DNA of 64,000 bases from a virus (Duplodnaviria; Caudoviricetes): IMG/VR virus record IMGVR_UViG_2634166464_000002, positions 1-64,000 of that record, one strand, 5' to 3'. Shown piece by piece: positions 62,241 through 64,000 of this stretch. Below the pieces are notes generated by a model. That model searched no databases. It had not been told where the DNA came from and saw nothing but the letters and a program-made list of their open reading frames with translations. Made by a program: the position numbers and the translations under genes. Within the stretch, counting starts at the first letter, position 1. Every line of letters begins with the position of its first letter.

Positions 62241-62639
62241 TCAACTCGTGTCCCCTCGAAACTTCGGTCTCTGCGTCGGGTCATCACACCAGGCGATGAT
62301 GCGATCCATCTGCCCGGTCTCACGCGCATAGCGCTCGAGCTGCGCCTTCCAACCGGAGTGGTGGTAGGTACACAGGCCCCAGTGGTTGAGCTCGTCCCAC
62401 ATCGCGCCCCCCTCGGTGATCGGCCGCTTGTGATCGACCACGCCCGTAGCACCCTCGACGATCAGCGTCGTGCGCCCGTTCTCCAGGCACCGCACACAGA
62501 ACGGGTTTCGCTGCCGGTAGCGCTTCGAATAGCGGGTCCAGCGGGCGTCATAGCCTCGTTCGGTAGGCGGGGTGCGGAACGGCTTGGAGGAGCGGGTGAG
62601 GCGCGCTCTGGGGGGCTTCTTCCCCAGTACCTTGGGCAT
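62241..62639 (-). CDS. HNH endonuclease (terminase-associated)
   Basis: 'RGYDARW..Y...NPFCVRC', 'VVDH..P', 'WDELN..GLC..HH'. Confidence 0.9.
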   Translation of the reverse strand: MPKVLGKKPPRARLTRSSKPFRTPPTERGYDARWTRYSKRYRQRNPFCVRCLENGRTTLIVEGATGVVDHKRPITEGGAMWDELNHWGLCTYHHSGWKAQLERYARETGQMDRIIAWCDDPTQRPKFRGDTS

Positions 62640-63009
62640 TCAGATTGCGGATTCTCACCTGTGCCGAAAAGCGAATCACAACCTGCACAAACGAGTCAAC
62701 TGCAAAATTGCAATGCGGCAGGCCGAGGCCTGCGCTTCGGCATTGCACAGATGCACGAATCCCCTTGATTTGATTCAAGGATTCCCCACCAGCCGATTCA
62801 ATCGGTCGCAGGGGCTCCGTCAGGCTCAGAAATCGGAGGGTTGGGGTTCCACGCCCTCCGCCAATAAAATCGAAGCAATCCAAGCGTCGATCTCGGCGCT
62901 TTCTTCGTCCATTATTATGAGCCATATGTGATGTAGTGGATGATGTGGGTGAGCGTGCGCCCCGTGCAGCATTTTTACTTCTCCCGTGAGGACGTCACGC
63001 CCTCCGCCC

Positions 63010-63153
63010 TCACACCCGCTCGGCGGCAAGTGTCAGCCAGCGTAGAACTTCAGCAACGGTGAAATGCTTCGGCTTCCGGCCCGTCGCTATTCTGAGGGCA
63101 TCGAAGCCAATACACACCGCCATCTCCATCGGCTGCCATTCCTTGGCCCTCAT
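63010..63153 (-). CDS. Small hypothetical protein
   Basis: AAGGAG RBS, ATGA coupling. Confidence 0.45.
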   Translation of the reverse strand: MRAKEWQPMEMAVCIGFDALRIATGRKPKHFTVAEVLRWLTLAAERV

Positions 63154-63392
63154 AGGGGCTCCTTGCCGTTTTCCGCCGCCCACTCGTTTACCAGATCCTT
63201 GGCGGCGCCGACCTTCTCGCCGCGCGCATAGGTCGTGATCCCCGGATCCCGCCGGTCCTTGCGGCTCCACATCTCGGTGATTCCGGTGTCGATCTCCGCT
63301 TTGTCTTTAGCTCCCCACCAGATGCCGTAAACTTGCTTGGCCGCGCCTTTGGCGCCGTCCGCGAACATCACGACTTTGCGGAAATACGGCAT
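63150..63392 (-). CDS. Hypothetical protein
   Basis: Coupled ORF. Confidence 0.6.
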   Translation of the reverse strand: MPYFRKVVMFADGAKGAAKQVYGIWWGAKDKAEIDTGITEMWSRKDRRDPGITTYARGEKVGAAKDLVNEWAAENGKEPL

Positions 63393-63922
63393 CAGGGCCC
63401 CTCGATCACGGAATAGGTGTTGTCGGGATTGCGGATCAGGGTGACGGTGAACTTCACACCCTTGCCCACGGTGATCGGCTCGGTGAGCCGCAGCGTCTTG
63501 GTCGTCACCGTCTGTCGCGAGAGCGGGCGACCGAGGAACAGGGCGTTGATGCCGCCCTCCTCTTTGAGGAACTCCACCAGCGTCGCACTTCCGATCTGCC
63601 GCTTCGCGGCCTCGCGCAGGCAGTGAGCGTACCTCGACGCGTTGGAGCGCTCCGTCCCGCTGCGCAGGTCGGCAAACACGAACCTGCAGACCAGGGTGAA
63701 CTCATCGCTGCCGTTCTCGATATAGCGTCGATTCCCAGATCGCGGTTGATCGAGGAAGAGCCGCTGCAGCTCCGCGAACTCGCTCGGATCACGGCATCGC
63801 TCGGCGAGCCGCATGCAGTGTCCCAAAAGCTCATACAGGGCGAAGCTGGAATGCCTCTTGCCGATCGGGCCCGCTTCCGCAATGCGCCGGAGCCGCTGGG
63901 CCTCCTCGACGATGCTGCTCAC
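63392..63922 (-). CDS. Hypothetical protein
   Basis: ORF with normal codon usage, coupled to next gene. Confidence 0.65.
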   Translation of the reverse strand: MSSIVEEAQRLRRIAEAGPIGKRHSSFALYELLGHCMRLAERCRDPSEFAELQRLFLDQPRSGNRRYIENGSDEFTLVCRFVFADLRSGTERSNASRYAHCLREAAKRQIGSATLVEFLKEEGGINALFLGRPLSRQTVTTKTLRLTEPITVGKGVKFTVTLIRNPDNTYSVIEGP

Positions 63923-64000
63923 TGCAGGCTCTCAGCCTTGGAGATGAAGATCGCGGTGACGATGATCGCCGCGCAGAAGTTGATCAGGCCCCCGAGATGC

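Larger units (their letters stand above)
1..64000. mobile_element. Temperate tailed phage, probably a phage-plasmid (window is part of a larger or circular genome)
   Basis: Full head-neck-tail-lysis gene set, cI/cro switch, RecT and DnaB, plus Rep-like/ParA/RHH module; no integrase or host housekeeping genes in the window. Confidence 0.9.

Noticed and set aside
62800-62864. tRNA-like sequence ending in CCA
   Set aside because: No cloverleaf can be built: no proper T-arm or acceptor spacing; it is a simple hairpin
1-64000. Apparent excess of TCGA/CTCGAG as a modification target signature
   Set aside because: Could simply reflect CTC-GAG, ATC-GA and GTC-GA codon pairs; needs a codon-aware k-mer test that I cannot run

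Overview
High-GC, lambda-like temperate tailed phage genome segment (Siphoviridae morphotype), probably from an alphaproteobacterium (Methylobacteriaceae/Rhizobiales-like gene content; inference). It most likely persists as a phage-plasmid. Layout: (1) 1-7300, plus-strand accessory small ORFs. (2) 7296-16214, minus-strand early/replication operon: cro, ParB-N protein, GapR-like protein, RuvC-like resolvase, MT-A70 methyltransferase, DpdA/TGT-like transglycosylase, VUT preQ0/preQ1 transporter, DnaB, putative late activator. (3) cI repressor with three 18-bp operators and a plus-strand recombination operon with RecT. (4) Where an integrase would normally sit, a plasmid maintenance module: HTH Rep-like gene with a countertranscribed RNA, WGR gene, a roughly 400-bp degenerate 9-bp-period array, ParA and two paralogous RHH genes. 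(5) A second accessory block. (6) 29.6-62.6 kb, a complete minus-strand late region: HNH, papain-like protease, terS/terL, portal, protease, capsid, neck, tail with a -1 frameshift chaperone, tape measure, J, fibre, beta-helix depolymerase, lysis genes. The strongest candidates for new biology are the replication-coupled, salvage-only 7-deazaguanine plus methylation cassette and the array/ParA/triple-RHH/ctRNA replicon. All product calls come from motif recognition by eye; no database search was run.
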